Shown here: in pieces, positions 10,740 through 22,427 of the stretch | Layout of the letters: each line of letters starts with the position of its first letter | How positions within the stretch are numbered: position 1 is the first letter of the stretch | NCBI GenBank assembly: GCA_038087875.1 | Contig: CM075991.1 | Location: 3,534,001-3,598,000, forward strand | Source of the DNA: Malacoraja senta | Taxonomy: Eukaryota | Length of the DNA: 64,000 nucleotides | Direction of reading: 5' to 3' | Notes under the pieces: model-generated | The model's input: the letters and a program-made list of their open reading frames with translations, nothing else | The model's database searches: none | Told to the model about the DNA's origin: nothing | Position numbers and translations under genes: made by a program

Positions 10740-12945
10740 GTCAGTCGTGAGACGTGAATTGGCCAAGATAGACTGGCAATTGATTCTTAAAGGGTTGATG
10801 GTGGATATGCAATGGAAGGCATTTAAAGGCTGCATGGATGAACTACAACAATTGTTCATCCCAGTTTGGCAAAAGAATAAATCAGGGAAGGTAGTGCATC
10901 CGTGAATAACAAAGGAAATCAGGGATAGTATCAAAACAAAAGATGAAGCATACAAATTAGCCAGAAAAAGCAGCCTACCAGAGGACTGGGAGAAATTCAG
11001 AGTCCAGCAGAGGAGGACAAAGGGCTTAATTAGGAAAAGGAAAATAGATTATGAAAGAAAACTGGCAAGGAACATAAAAACTGACTGCAAAAGTTTTTAT
11101 AGATATGTGAAGAGAAAAAGATTAGTTAAAACAAATGTAGGTCCCTTGCAGTCAGAAACAGGTGAATTGATCATGGGGAACAAGGACATGGCAGACCAAT
11201 TGCATAACTACTTTGGTTCTGTCTTCACAAAGGAAGACTTAATTAATCTGCCGAAAATAGCAGGGGACCGGGGGTCAAATGAGATGGAGGAACTGAGTGA
11301 AATCCAGGTTAGCCGGGAAGTGGTGTTAGGTAAATTGAATGGATTAAAGGCCGATAAATCCCCAGGGCCAGATAGGCTGCATCCCAGAGTACTTAAGGAA
11401 GTAGCCCCAGAAATAGTGGATGCATTAGTGATAATTTTTCAAAACTCTTTAGATTCTGGAGTAGTTCCTGAGGATTGGAGGGTAGCTAATGTAACCCCAC
11501 TTTTTATAAAGGGAGAGGGAGAGAAAATGGGGAATTACAGACCAGTTAGTCTAACATCGGTAGTGGGGAAACTGCTAGAGTCAGTTATTAAAGATGGGTT
11601 AGCAGCACATTTGGAAAGTGGTGAAATCATTGGACAAAGTCAGCATGGATTTATGAAAGGTAAATCATGTCTGACGAATCTTATACAATTTTTCGAGGAT
11701 GTAACTAGTAGAGTGGATAAGGGAGAGCCAGTGGATGTGTTATATCTGGACTTTCAGAAGGCTTTCGACAAGGTCCCACATAAGAGATTAGTATACAAAC
11801 TTAAAGCACACGGTATTGGGGGTTCAGTATTGATGTGGATAGAGAATTGGCTGGCAGACAGGAAGCAAAGAGTAGGAGTAAACGGGTCCTTTTCACAATG
11901 GCAGGCAGTGACTAGTGGGGTACCACAAGGCTCAGTGCTGGGACCCCAGCTATTTACAATATATATTAATGATTTGGACGAGGGAATTGAATGCAACATC
12001 TTCAAGTTTGCGGATGACACGAAGCTGGGGGGCAGTATTAGCTGTGAGGAGGATGCTAGGAGGCGGCAAGTAGACTTGGATAGGCTGGGTGAGTGGGCAA
12101 ATGCATGGCAGATGCAGTATAATATGGATAAATGTGAGGTTATCCACTTTGGTAGCAAAAACAGGAAAGTAGACTATTACCTGAATGGTGGCCGATTAGG
12201 AAAAGGGGAGATGCAACGAGACCTGGGTGTCATGGTACACCAGTCATTGAAAGTAGGCATGCAGGTGCAGCAGACAGTGAAGAAAGCGAATGGTATGTTA
12301 GCATTCATAGCAAAAGGATTTGAGTATAGGAGCAGAGAGGTTCTACTGCAGTTGTACAGGGTCTTGGTGAGACCACACCTGGAGTATTGCGTACAGTTTT
12401 GGTCTCGTATTCTGAGGAAGGACATTCTTGCCATAGAGGGAGTACAGAGAAGGTTCACCAGACTGATTCCTGGGATGTCAGGACTTTCATATGAAGAAAG
12501 ACTGGATAGACTCGGCTTGTACTCGCTAGAATTTAGAAGATTGAGGGGGGATCTTATAGAAACTTACAAAATTCTTAAGGGGTTGGACAGGCTAGAAGCA
12601 GGAAGATTGTTTCCGATGTTGGGGAAGTCCAGAACAAGGGGTCACAGTTTAAGGATAAAGGGGAAATCTTTTAGGACTGAGATGAGAAAAACATTTTTCA
12701 CACAGAGAGTGGTGAATCTCTGGAACTCTCTGCCACAGAATATAGTTGAGGCCAGTTCATTGGCTATATTTAAGAGGGAGTTAGATGTGGTCCTTGTGGC
12801 TAAAGGGATCAGGGGGTATGGAGAGAAAGCAGGTACAGGATACTGAGTTGGATGATCAGCCATGATCATATTGAATGGCGGTGCAGGCTCGAAGGGCCGA
12901 ATGGCCTACTCCTGCACCTATTTTCTATGTTTCTATGTTTCTATA
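10740..12945 (+). mobile_element. CR1 (HER1-like) LINE, 5'-truncated, young
   Basis: ORF2 remnant with full RT domain; 3' UTR gggccgaatggcctactcctgc and (ttctatgt)n tail. Confidence 0.95.
11107..12846 (+). CDS. CR1 ORF2 reverse transcriptase region, 579 aa uninterrupted (transposon-encoded; endonuclease domain absent)
   Basis: Motifs KSPGPD, NYRPVSLTS, YLDFQKAFDKVPH, GVPQGSVLGP, KFADDTK, RPHLEYCVQFW, TRGHSL. Confidence 0.85.
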   Translation: MKRKRLVKTNVGPLQSETGELIMGNKDMADQLHNYFGSVFTKEDLINLPKIAGDRGSNEMEELSEIQVSREVVLGKLNGLKADKSPGPDRLHPRVLKEVAPEIVDALVIIFQNSLDSGVVPEDWRVANVTPLFIKGEGEKMGNYRPVSLTSVVGKLLESVIKDGLAAHLESGEIIGQSQHGFMKGKSCLTNLIQFFEDVTSRVDKGEPVDVLYLDFQKAFDKVPHKRLVYKLKAHGIGGSVLMWIENWLADRKQRVGVNGSFSQWQAVTSGVPQGSVLGPQLFTIYINDLDEGIECNIFKFADDTKLGGSISCEEDARRRQVDLDRLGEWANAWQMQYNMDKCEVIHFGSKNRKVDYYLNGGRLGKGEMQRDLGVMVHQSLKVGMQVQQTVKKANGMLAFIAKGFEYRSREVLLQLYRVLVRPHLEYCVQFWSRILRKDILAIEGVQRRFTRLIPGMSGLSYEERLDRLGLYSLEFRRLRGDLIETYKILKGLDRLEAGRLFPMLGKSRTRGHSLRIKGKSFRTEMRKTFFTQRVVNLWNSLPQNIVEASSLAIFKRELDVVLVAKGIRGYGEKAGTGY

Positions 12946-13589
12946 AACCGAAGAAAGACACAAAGTGTTTGAGTAACTCAGTGGGACTGGCAGCAGAGTT
13001 CCTCCTGAGAGAAGGAATGGGTGACATTTCGGGTCGAGACCTTTCATCAGACTGAAAAAGGGTCTCAACCCAAAACGTCACCCATTCCTTCTATCGATAA
13101 ATGCTGCCTGTCCCGCCGAGTTACTCCAGCGTTTTGTGTCTATCTTCAGCATGGAAACGGGCCCTGCGGCCCACTGAGTCCACACCGACCAACGATCACC
13201 CGTTCCCACTAGTTCAATGTAATCCCACATTGGCATCCTACACACTAGGCACAATTTACAGAGGGCCAATTAACCTACAAACCTGCACGTCTTTGAATGT
13301 GGGAGGACGCCGGAGCACCGTGAGGAAAATCACGCGTTCACGGGGAAAACGTGCAAACTCCGTACTGAGGGCACCCGAGATCGGGATCGATCCCGGGTAA
13401 GCTCTGCTGCTGCGAGGCAGCAGCTCTACCACCGCACCACCATGCCGCACTGCAGTGCACCTCCTCCCCTTGAAATACACCCACGTGCAAACACTCTCGA
13501 CCCTTGAATGACTGAATGGCACCGAGGCAACAAATAGTGAGAGGTCGAATCTCGAGCCCCTGCTCAATCGCGCTCCTTACAAAGTTCCC

Positions 13590-13680
13590 CGGAAATTCAG
13601 AGCATCCCGTCTATTAAAGCGACTTTGAGTCCTGAAAAGCGCTATATAAATAAAATGTATTATTATTATTATTATTGATG
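13590..13680 (+). mobile_element. L2-type LINE/SINE 3' tail
   Basis: taaagcgactttgag...gaaaagcgctatataaataaaatg(tat)n. Confidence 0.65.
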
Positions 13681-14063
13681 ACGATAGCCTGGGCGGACAC
13701 AGCCATGCGATCCAGCGGGCAGAGAGATGATCAGGGCTGAGCTGTTCGAGCGTGAACTTCAATGTTTACCACGATTGAGTTACTGGCTTATAATTGCCAT
13801 CTCTTATTTGTTACTGTGCGTACATTTGATACTGAAGTCTTTAAGTGGATGGATAGATTGAGCCAAGTGTTTGACAAGGTCCCACACATGCGATTAGTGT
13901 GCAAACTTAGAGCACATGGTATTGGGGGTAGGGTATTGACATGGATAGGGAACTGGTTGGCAGACAGGAAGCAAAGAGTAGAAATTAACGGGTCCTTTTC
14001 AGAATGGCAGGCTGTAACTAGTGGGGTGCAGCAAGGCTCGGTGCTGGGACGCCAGTTATTTAC

Positions 14064-14179
14064 GTATAGGAAAGAAATGCAGATTCTGAAGAAGGGTCTC
14101 GACCCGAAACGTCGCCCATTCCTTCTCTCCAGAGATGCTGCCTGTCCCGCTGAGTTACCCCAGCATTTTGTGTCTATCC
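14064..14179 (+). mobile_element. 116-bp Penelope pseudo-LTR-derived insertion bearing a hammerhead-like motif
   Basis: Flanked by a perfect 12-bp duplication ccagttatttac (14052-14063 and 14180-14191) within a CR1 coding sequence. Confidence 0.85.
14086..14113 (+). ncRNA. Minimal type-I hammerhead-ribozyme-like motif
   Basis: CTGAAGA-A-GGGT(CTCG)ACCC-GAAA-CG-TC: conserved core CUGANGA/GAAA/UH, stem II hairpin, loop-less palindromic ACGT in place of stem III. Activity not shown. Confidence 0.6.
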
Positions 14180-14788
14180 CCAGTTATTTACAATATATAT
14201 TAACGATTTAGATGAAGGAATTAAACGTAACATCTCCAAGTTTGCGAATGACACAAAGCTGGGTGGCAGAGTGACTGCGAGGAGGATGCTATGAGGCTGC
14301 AGGGTGACTTGGATAGGTTGGGTGGGTGGGCAGATGCATGGCAGATGCAGTATAATGTGGATAAATGAAAGTTTATCCACTTTGGTGGCAAGAATAGGAA
14401 GGCAGATTAATATCTGAAATGTGCCAGATTAGGAAAAGGGGAGGTGCGACGAGACCTAGGTGTCCTTGTACATCAGTCACTGAAAGTGAGCATGCAGGTA
14501 CAGCAGGCAGTGAAGAAAGCTAATGGCATGTTGGCTTTCATTGAGAGAGGATTTGAGGAGCAAGGAGGATTTGAGGAGCCAGGACTAGCTAGGAGCAAGG
14601 AGGTCCTACTGCAGTTGTACAGGGGCCTCGTGAGACCGTAGCCAGAGTATTGTGTGCAGTTTTGGTCTCCTAATTTGAGGAAGGACATTCTTGCTATTGA
14701 GGGAGTGCAGCGTAGGTTCACCAGGTTAATTCCCGGGATTGACACATGATGAAAGAATGGATCGATTCGACATATTCACTGGAACTTA

Positions 14789-15211
14789 CAGGCACGGAAA
14801 TCGCTATCAAAACATGGGGGGACAAAATTTCTTGGCGGCCATGCGCGCGCATGCGCACACACGTGAGGCTTTCGGCCGTGGGCCCTGTGGACGGTAACAT
14901 CGGAAGCTGACCTGGTTGGTGACCGACTCCGAGCGCCTGCAACAGCAGCTTCATCCGCCCCAAAACGTGGGTCTTGAATCGGCCGGCGGGGGCTTCAACA
15001 TCGGGAGCCTCGATCGCCTCGATGCAGCAGTTTGATTTTAAGCCGCGCCGGGCGCGGAAAGGCCCCGCGAATGGGCCGATTCAGCCCTTAGAAAGCATCT
15101 GATAAAGTTCGGATTACAAAACATGGGGGGGGGGATTGTCCCGCACCTCTCAAAGCATGGGGGGACGTGTGTCCCCCGGCCCCCCCATCCCCCCCAGGAA
15201 TCCCGCCCATG
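14789..15211. mobile_element. hAT-type MITE (copy 1)
   Basis: Imperfect TIRs caggcacggaaatc / gaatcccgcccatg; 8-bp TSD ggaactta/gtaattta; second copy at 46667-47099. Confidence 0.75.
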
Positions 15212-16034
15212 GTAATTTAGAAGGATGAGAGTGGGATCCAGTTGAGGTGGTGGGTGACTTGAACACTATTTGGTCCCTTAAATCTACAATGGAGGGTTAT
15301 CTTGCTATGAAAGGTGACACTCTATCAGCAAAGGTGATTGGGACTGCAACCACAGGACTCTGTCTCTGGACCTATTGTGTCAGTGTCGACTCAATGGGCC
15401 GAAGGGCCTGTTTCTAGATTGTGGCTCCAAACTATGATCTGATTTGATTGAACAACATACAAAACAAAGTTTGTCACTGTACCTCGGTGTGTGTAACAGC
15501 AATAAAGCCAAACCTAAAACCATTAAAACCAACCATCCTTTTCATAAGATCATAAGTGTTAGGAGTAGAATTAGGCCATTCAGCCCATCAAGTCTACTCC
15601 GCCATTCAATCATGGCTGATCTATCTCCCTCCTAACCCCATTCTTTTGCCTTGTTAATGTGCGGGGATTAATACTAGGATAGTCTGAATGTGCTGGTCGA
15701 CACGGACCCAGTGGGCCGAAGGGCCTGTTTCCGCGCTGTATCTCTAAACTAAACAAAACGAATCAAGAATCTATCTATCTCTGCCTTAATTATTCCCACT
15801 GACGGCCTCCACAGCCTTCTGTGGCAACGAATTCCACAGATTCACCATGCTCTGACTAGAGAAATTCCTCATCATCTCCTTCCTAAAAGAACGTCCTTTA
15901 ATGCAGAGGCTATGACCTCTGGTCCTGGACTCTCCCACTAGTGGGAACATCCTCTCCACTTCCACTCTGTCCAAATGTTATACTGGAGAACGACATGTGT
16001 CAAAATGGAGAGCATCGTTAGTCCAGAACGAGTG

Positions 16035-16646
16035 TTCCATCCACATTCCAAAGACCTGGGGCTTAGTAGGTTAATTGGCTTCTGTAAATCGCCCCCAGTG
16101 TGTGTAGGATGGAACAGGTGGCGCGGTGACGCAGCGGTAGAGTTGCTGCCTTACAGCTTTGTTGTCACCTTCTCCTGCAGGAGTCGGCCATTCGGCCCTT
16201 CGAGCCAGCACCGCCATTCAATAGGATCATGGCTGATCATCCACAATCAGTACCCCGTTCCTGCCTTCTCCCCATATCCCTTGGTTCCGTTAACCCCTTC
16301 AGCCCACTGAGTCCGCACCAACCAGCGATCCCCGCCCATTAACACGATCCTATACCCACTAGGTACAATTTTTACATTTACCAAGCCAATTAACCTACAT
16401 ACCCGTGCTTCTTTGGAGTGTGGGAGGAAACCGGAGAAAAACCCACAAGGTCGCAGGGAATGCGTACAAACCTGAACAGACAGCACCTGTAGTCAGGATC
16501 GAACCCGGGTCTGTGGAGTGGTAAGGCAGCAACTCTACCGCTGCGCCACCGTGCCGCCCTTGTCGATGGTCAGCGTGGACTAGATGGGCCGAAGGGCCCG
16601 TTTGTGTGTTCGTGACTGCAATTAGGAAATGGTGAAAAACTGAAAT
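16035..16646 (+). repeat. Local ~610-bp direct duplication, copy A (copy B at 19262-19870)
   Basis: Same SINE/CR1-tail/SINE junctions and same unique end (gtgactgcaattaggaaatggtgaa) in both copies. Confidence 0.9.
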
Positions 16647-17410
16647 GATAAAGTGGAACCTCAAACCATTTGACACGAGTTTGCAGAAATGATAAATCGC
16701 AAGCTTTCTCTTTAAATGCGGATTTCTTGTTAAATACATTATTCCACATCTTGGCACAATTCGATTGGCACAAAACACTGAAACAAATCTGTCTTAGGAA
16801 AATGCCATTAAGTAGTGATGCAAAGAGCTGACTAGAATGGGAAATGGGACATTTTTCTTGTGAGCAAAAATGTGCGTCCTTTGAATCTGTTGATGAGTTA
16901 TTCCTGTCTAATCCAACCCAACCTGCTCAAAATGAACCAGGCAATTTAGTGATCATCTGTTCTGTTTCTCTGTGAGGAATCACCACTTTTTAAACATTTG
17001 ATGCTCTTTTGTCTCTGGGTGATGGAGGAGGAATGTCAGAAGATGTTTAGTATTTGAACTACGAGATGCAGCGTGTAAACAGGCCCTTCGGCCCCCGCCC
17101 CCCCCCCACCAACCGGGTCCGTGCCGACCATCCCGTACATTAGCACTATCCTACACACTTTGGACAATTGACAATTTTTTTTTACCAATGCCAATTAACC
17201 GACAAACCTGCACGTCTCTGGAGTGTGGGAGGAAACCGGAGCACCCGGGGAAAACCCACGCGGTCACAGGGTGGACATTCAAAGCAAATTAAAAATGTGC
17301 CAATTCTTTTTCCAGTCAGCGCTTTGCATCACTACTTAATGTCATTTTTCAAAGACAGATTTCCTTCGGTGCTTTGTGCCAATCGATTTGTGCCAAGATG
17401 TGGAATAATG

Positions 17411-17708
17411 TTCCAGAACCAGGGGCCACGGTTTAAGAATAAGGAGTAAGCCATTTAGAACGGAGACGAGGAGACACTTTTTCTCACAGAGAGTGGTGAG
17501 TCTGTGGAATTCTCTGAGGCAGGTTCTCGGGATGCTTTCAAGAGAGAGCTAGATAGGGCTCTTAAAAATAGCGGAGTCAGGGGATATGGGGAGAAGGCAG
17601 GAACGGGTTACTGATTTGGGGTGATCAGCCATGATCACATTGAATGGCAGTGCTGGCTCGAAGGGCCAAATGGCCTACTCCTGCACCTATTGTCTATTGT
17701 CTATTGTT
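17411..17708 (+). mobile_element. CR1 3' fragment
   Basis: ccagaaccaggggccacggtttaag...ggagaaggcagga; (ctattgt)n tail. Confidence 0.85.
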
Positions 17709-18559
17709 TAATGTATTTAACAACAAGTATAAACTCCGTACAGACAGCGCCTATAGTCGGGATCGAACCCGCGTCTCTGGCATTGTAAGACAGAGACTCT
17801 ACCGCTGTGCCACTGTGCAGCCCTGTATTGGAATAAAAAGTTTGCCGGCTGCCTTATAAACAAATGTTTTAGTTCAAAGTTCTCGCTTAGAATCCAAAAT
17901 AATCCAGCACTGCGCCATTTTGATGCAAGTGACCAAAACACTCGACCCAGGCACCAGTCAACGTACAAGTTAGAGAAAGCAACCACATTGCCTCTTTGGT
18001 AATCTGGTGATTTTGTTCATATCAAATTAAAGTATTAAATGCCAAAATGTTGATTCTTGATTAAAGCTGCAAACAGCAATGTTTTCTTGGCAATGAACAA
18101 CTTCAAGGTACCAATATGTACTTGTGAATATGGAACATATTAAGCAATGTGGGCACAGACATATCTTATATGGTACAGTAAGCTTGGAATACATTTAAGG
18201 TGTACAGATGTGAACTCTCTTGCATCCATTAAGTGTCCATGCACTAATCATGTGTGCTTCAAGCCATGTTTCAGTAATATGCATCCATTGGACTCAGTGG
18301 TAGAATTGCTGCCTTACAGCGCTTACAGCATCGGAGAATCGGGTTCCATCCTGACAATGGGTGCTGTCCTTACGGAGTTTGTACGTTCTCCCCGTGACCC
18401 CTTGGGTTTTCTCCAACATCTTCAGTTTCCTCCCACACTCCAAAGACGTACAGGTTTGTAGATTAATTGGCTTGGTATAATTGTAAATTGTCCCTGGTGT
18501 GTGTAGGATGTGTTAGTGTGCGGGGATCGCTGGTCGGCACGGGCTCGGTGGGCCAAAGA

Positions 18560-18840
18560 GACCAGACTGGTCGAAGTACTGGGATGGGGGAGGGATGGAG
18601 AGAGAGTGAATACAAGGGTTACTTGAAGTTAGAGAAGTCAATATTCATACCACTGGGGTGTAAGCTGCCCAAGCGAAATATGAGGTGTTGTTCCTTCTAA
18701 TTTGCGCCGGGCCTCACTCTGACAGTGGAGGAGGCCCAACACAGAAAGGTCAGTGTGGGAATGAATGTGAGGGGGAGTTAAAGTGTTTAGAAACTGGGAG
18801 ATCATGTAGGTCTAGGCAGGCTGAGCGGAGGTGTTCAGCG
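18560..18840 (-). mobile_element. Penelope-like GIY-YIG C-terminal fragment
   Basis: Reverse complement matches the 8960-9200 region (gaacaacacctcatatttcgcttgggcagcttacacccc). Confidence 0.78.
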
Positions 18841-19261
18841 CAATGATCTACATCAGATGCCCGAAGCTCTGAAAATGAGATCAGTAAATATAACTGTCAT
18901 GTCACCTTCATTTCCAAACGTATCAAGTCTACCTCTGGGAGGTTAGCCCAGATCTTGCCTCGGGGCATGTTACAGTTTCAATCGGGTGGAAAAACCACAC
19001 TGACAATAGCTCCATTATCAACCATTGTAGGTTGACAAAGTGACGATCCCATCTTGAACACCAAGGATAAGGGGCAGAAGAGGATTATATCTTAACCACC
19101 CAAGGATGCATGTCACAGTTCAGGAGTGCGGAGTTCAAAGCTAAGGGCCGCACAGTGGTAGAGCTGTTGTTTCACAGCGCCAGAGTCCCAGGTTCAATTC
19201 TGACCTCACGTGCTGTCTGTGTGGAGTTTGCACGTTCTCCCTGTGATCCGGGTGCTCCAGT

Positions 19262-19870
19262 TTCCATCCACCTTCCAAAGACCTGGGGCTTTGTAGGTTA
19301 ATTGGCTTCTGTAAATCGCCCCCAGTGTGTGTAGGATGGAACAGGTGGCGCGGTGACGCAGCGGGAGAGTTGCTGCCTTACAGCTTTGTTGTCACCTTCT
19401 CCTGCAGGAGTAGGCCATTCGGCCCTTCGAGCCAGCACTGCCATTCGATATGATCATGGTTGATCATCCACAATCAGTACCCCGTTCCTGCTTTCCCCCA
19501 TATCCCTTGGTTCCGTTAACCCCTTCAGCCCACTGAGTCCGTGCCGAACAGCGATCCCCGCCCATTAACACTATCCTATACCCACTAGGTACAATTTTTA
19601 CATTTACCAAGCCAATTAACCTACATACCCGGACTTCTTTGGAGTGTGGGAGGAAACCGGAGAAAACCCACAAGGTCGCAGGGAATGCGTACAAACCTGA
19701 ACAGACAGCACCTGTAGTCAGGATCGAACCCGGGTCACTGCAGTGGTAAGGCAGCAACTCTACCGCTGCGCCACCGTGCTGCCCTTGTCGATGGTCAGCG
19801 TGGACTAGATGGGCCGAAGGGCCGTTTGTGTGTTCGTGACTGCAATTAGGAAATGGTGAAAGACTGAAAT
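19262..19870 (+). repeat. Local ~610-bp direct duplication, copy B
   Basis: Near-identical to 16035-16646. Confidence 0.9.
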
Positions 19871-20842
19871 CTGCTGGCAATTACCTGCGTCCCTTCCTCA
19901 TTGGGAATAAAATATCCGAGAAGGTTATTATCAAAACTAAACATATGTTTTAAATGACCCGAAGCATAGCTGCCTGTTCATTAAGCTGCAATACTGTACT
20001 CAGCTTCGATTAAGAGTCATTACCCTCAGGGGTATCCAGAGAAATATTGTCAAGATTTTAAGATTGCATTATTATGCTGGACGGCAGCAATATGCTCGAA
20101 GTTATGCAAAATTAATTTTTGAATTATATGCACTGTCTGGAGCTGCTTTATAGGAATTGAGTTCATTTCTCTCCAAGTTACGTTCCATATGGTTTGCTTG
20201 AAACAACTTTGCCTGTAGATTTCACTGCTCCATACATTGTCTCCAGCATTTTGTGTTGGCTGTAGACCTGACTACAGTGGAGCAAGGTCCAGTGTGGCTG
20301 CTGTCTCCCTGCATTAGCTGCAGCTGAAATCTGCAGGCTTGGTTTAGCTTTTAGTTCAGCGATCTAGCGTGGAAACAGGCCCTTCAGCCCACTGAGTCCA
20401 TGCCGAATCCCATTCACACTAGTCCCACATTATCCCACTTTCCCATCCATTCCCCGCACACCAGGTGTGTAGGAAGGAACTGCAGACGCGGGTTTAATAC
20501 AAAGAGAGACGCAGAGATGGGTTTTGACCCAATTCCTTGTTCCTACAGCTAACATTGATTTCTGTGCAAAACCAACTAATAATGGTAGTCAACTGTGTGG
20601 ATGGAGTTTCGAACCAGAACAGGCCAAATTTCATTGAGGCTTCTCAATGGGCTGAATGACCACTTTCTTGAGTTGAACTGAGGTGCAGCCCCACGCAATG
20701 GGCTCGAGCATCCTACACAGAGTGACAGCCAACACACGTGCATGATGTATCTAAAGTACTTTGGTTTGCACAGTTGAACTTTGGTGCATGGTTTCTCCGT
20801 AAACTGAGAACGTAATGAATTATGTGGAGGAAGGAACTGCAG

Positions 20843-21042
20843 NNNNNNNNNNNNNNNNNNNNNNNNNNNNNNNNNNNNNNNNNNNNNNNNNNNNNNNNNN
20901 NNNNNNNNNNNNNNNNNNNNNNNNNNNNNNNNNNNNNNNNNNNNNNNNNNNNNNNNNNNNNNNNNNNNNNNNNNNNNNNNNNNNNNNNNNNNNNNNNNNN
21001 NNNNNNNNNNNNNNNNNNNNNNNNNNNNNNNNNNNNNNNNNN
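20843..21042. other. Assembly gap (200 N)
   Basis: Run of N. Confidence 1.
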
Positions 21043-21768
21043 TCTTCTCCGTACCTTTTCCAGCTTGACAATACGTTTCCTATAACATGGTGCCCGGAAA
21101 TGAACACAGACTACATCTCATGTACATCTCAATAAGGTCACCCCTCAGCCTCCTAGGTTCTGAAGAAAAAAGTCATGACAAATGTGTGGCTCCAAACTGT
21201 GTTTGACGCAAACGACAATTACTCGTATTTTGGTGAAAAGAAAGAAACAAAATATTTTTTGCTGAGCCATGTTTGCTGACACCGCCCTTTTTTGTCTGGA
21301 TATTTACACAGAGTGTAACAGCAACACTGAGGGAAATATCTAATTTAATTAGAAAGATCAATTTTGGTGCTTGAGCAATTAAAAGGTAACCAAACCTAAG
21401 ACAACTGCGGATATATATCCCGAACTATGGACAAGCAGAAACCATCCCAGCTACTAAACTTCCTTCCACTGTGTTTTAGTAACCAGATATCAGAATTGGA
21501 ATTTGATTCTCCTTGCTGAATCAGTGGTAAGTGTCTTCACTAAATGCAGGTATCACCAGCAACGTCTGTTGTTCTTCCGTTCCGACGCTGGAGCTCCAAT
21601 CATTCTGGCGAGAGGGCCTGAACATTGGGCCGCCGTAGCGGCGAATGCGGAGGGCGCAAGACCCCGACCATGGGTGAACAAAGAGGAAGATGGCTGAACT
21701 TTATTGCCTTCCTGCATAGTGGGAAATGTTGATCCCACCGTGTGGGGGATGTTCATGTTAAATTCTAT

Positions 21769-22427
21769 TTTTTATTTATTTATTTTATTTATTATTATTA
21801 TTTTATTTATTTTTCCTTTTTTAAATGTTTTTATTTATTAGAAGTACATTACATTACAACCACATACATTAGTACTCGTCACTTATGTCTTCTTACAATT
21901 AATGTACTCCATTTGTTTTTTGCACTAGAAAAAGAAAAGATTGAAAGAAAGAAGAAAGTGAAGGAAAAAGTGAAAGTGTAGAAAATGTGACAACAAAAAA
22001 GGACGAAGACCCTATAAGAGCAAAATTAAAAAACAAAAGAAAAAGAGTTAAGAAATAGACCCTAGAAAAGAAAGAGAAAGAGAAAGAGGAAAAAGAGAGA
22101 AACAAATATTTTTATGAGCATTACGTAAATGGGACATACCAACTCTTCAACTAGCATCCCCCCTTACCTGACCTCAATTTTTTTTAAAGTACTTTTGCAC
22201 CCTATATTTGTAATAATTCTATAAATGCAGACCACGTCAGGTGGAAGTGATCTGGTTTACCTGCTAGGAGGAGTCTTATCTCTTCTAGGTGTAATGTTTT
22301 GAACATATTTGAAGTCCACATATTTATAGTTGGTATTGGAGCCTTCTTCCAAAATTTTAGAATTAGCTTTTTTCCAGTTATTAACCCATAGTCCATTAGT
22401 TTCTTTTGAAACACATTTAGTTCTGGG
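21769..22427 (-). mobile_element. L1 LINE 3' end (ORF2 C-terminus, 3' UTR, A-rich tail)
   Basis: GKKLILKFWKKAPIPTINMW...LHLEEIRLLLAGKPDHFHLTWSAF resembles the fish-type L1 ORF2 end; 18-bp TSD gttcatgttaaattctat at 21751-21768 and 22428-22445. Confidence 0.85.

Larger units (their letters stand above)
13862..15232 (+). mobile_element. Decayed CR1 RT fragment interrupted by a Penelope-derived mini-insert and a hAT MITE
   Basis: FDKVPH...GVQQGSVLG...FAND motifs with stops; insertions at 14064-14179 and 14789-15211. Confidence 0.85.

Noticed and set aside
11107..12846. Domesticated host reverse-transcriptase gene
   Set aside because: 5'-truncated, retains the CR1 3' tail and has near-identical sibling copies; youth explains the open frame.
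20815..21135. ORFs spanning N runs (also 43797-44398)
   Set aside because: Artefacts of assembly gaps.
21826..22165. Segmental inverted duplication with 61135-61466
   Set aside because: Each copy has its own TSD and A-rich tail, so they are independent L1 insertions.
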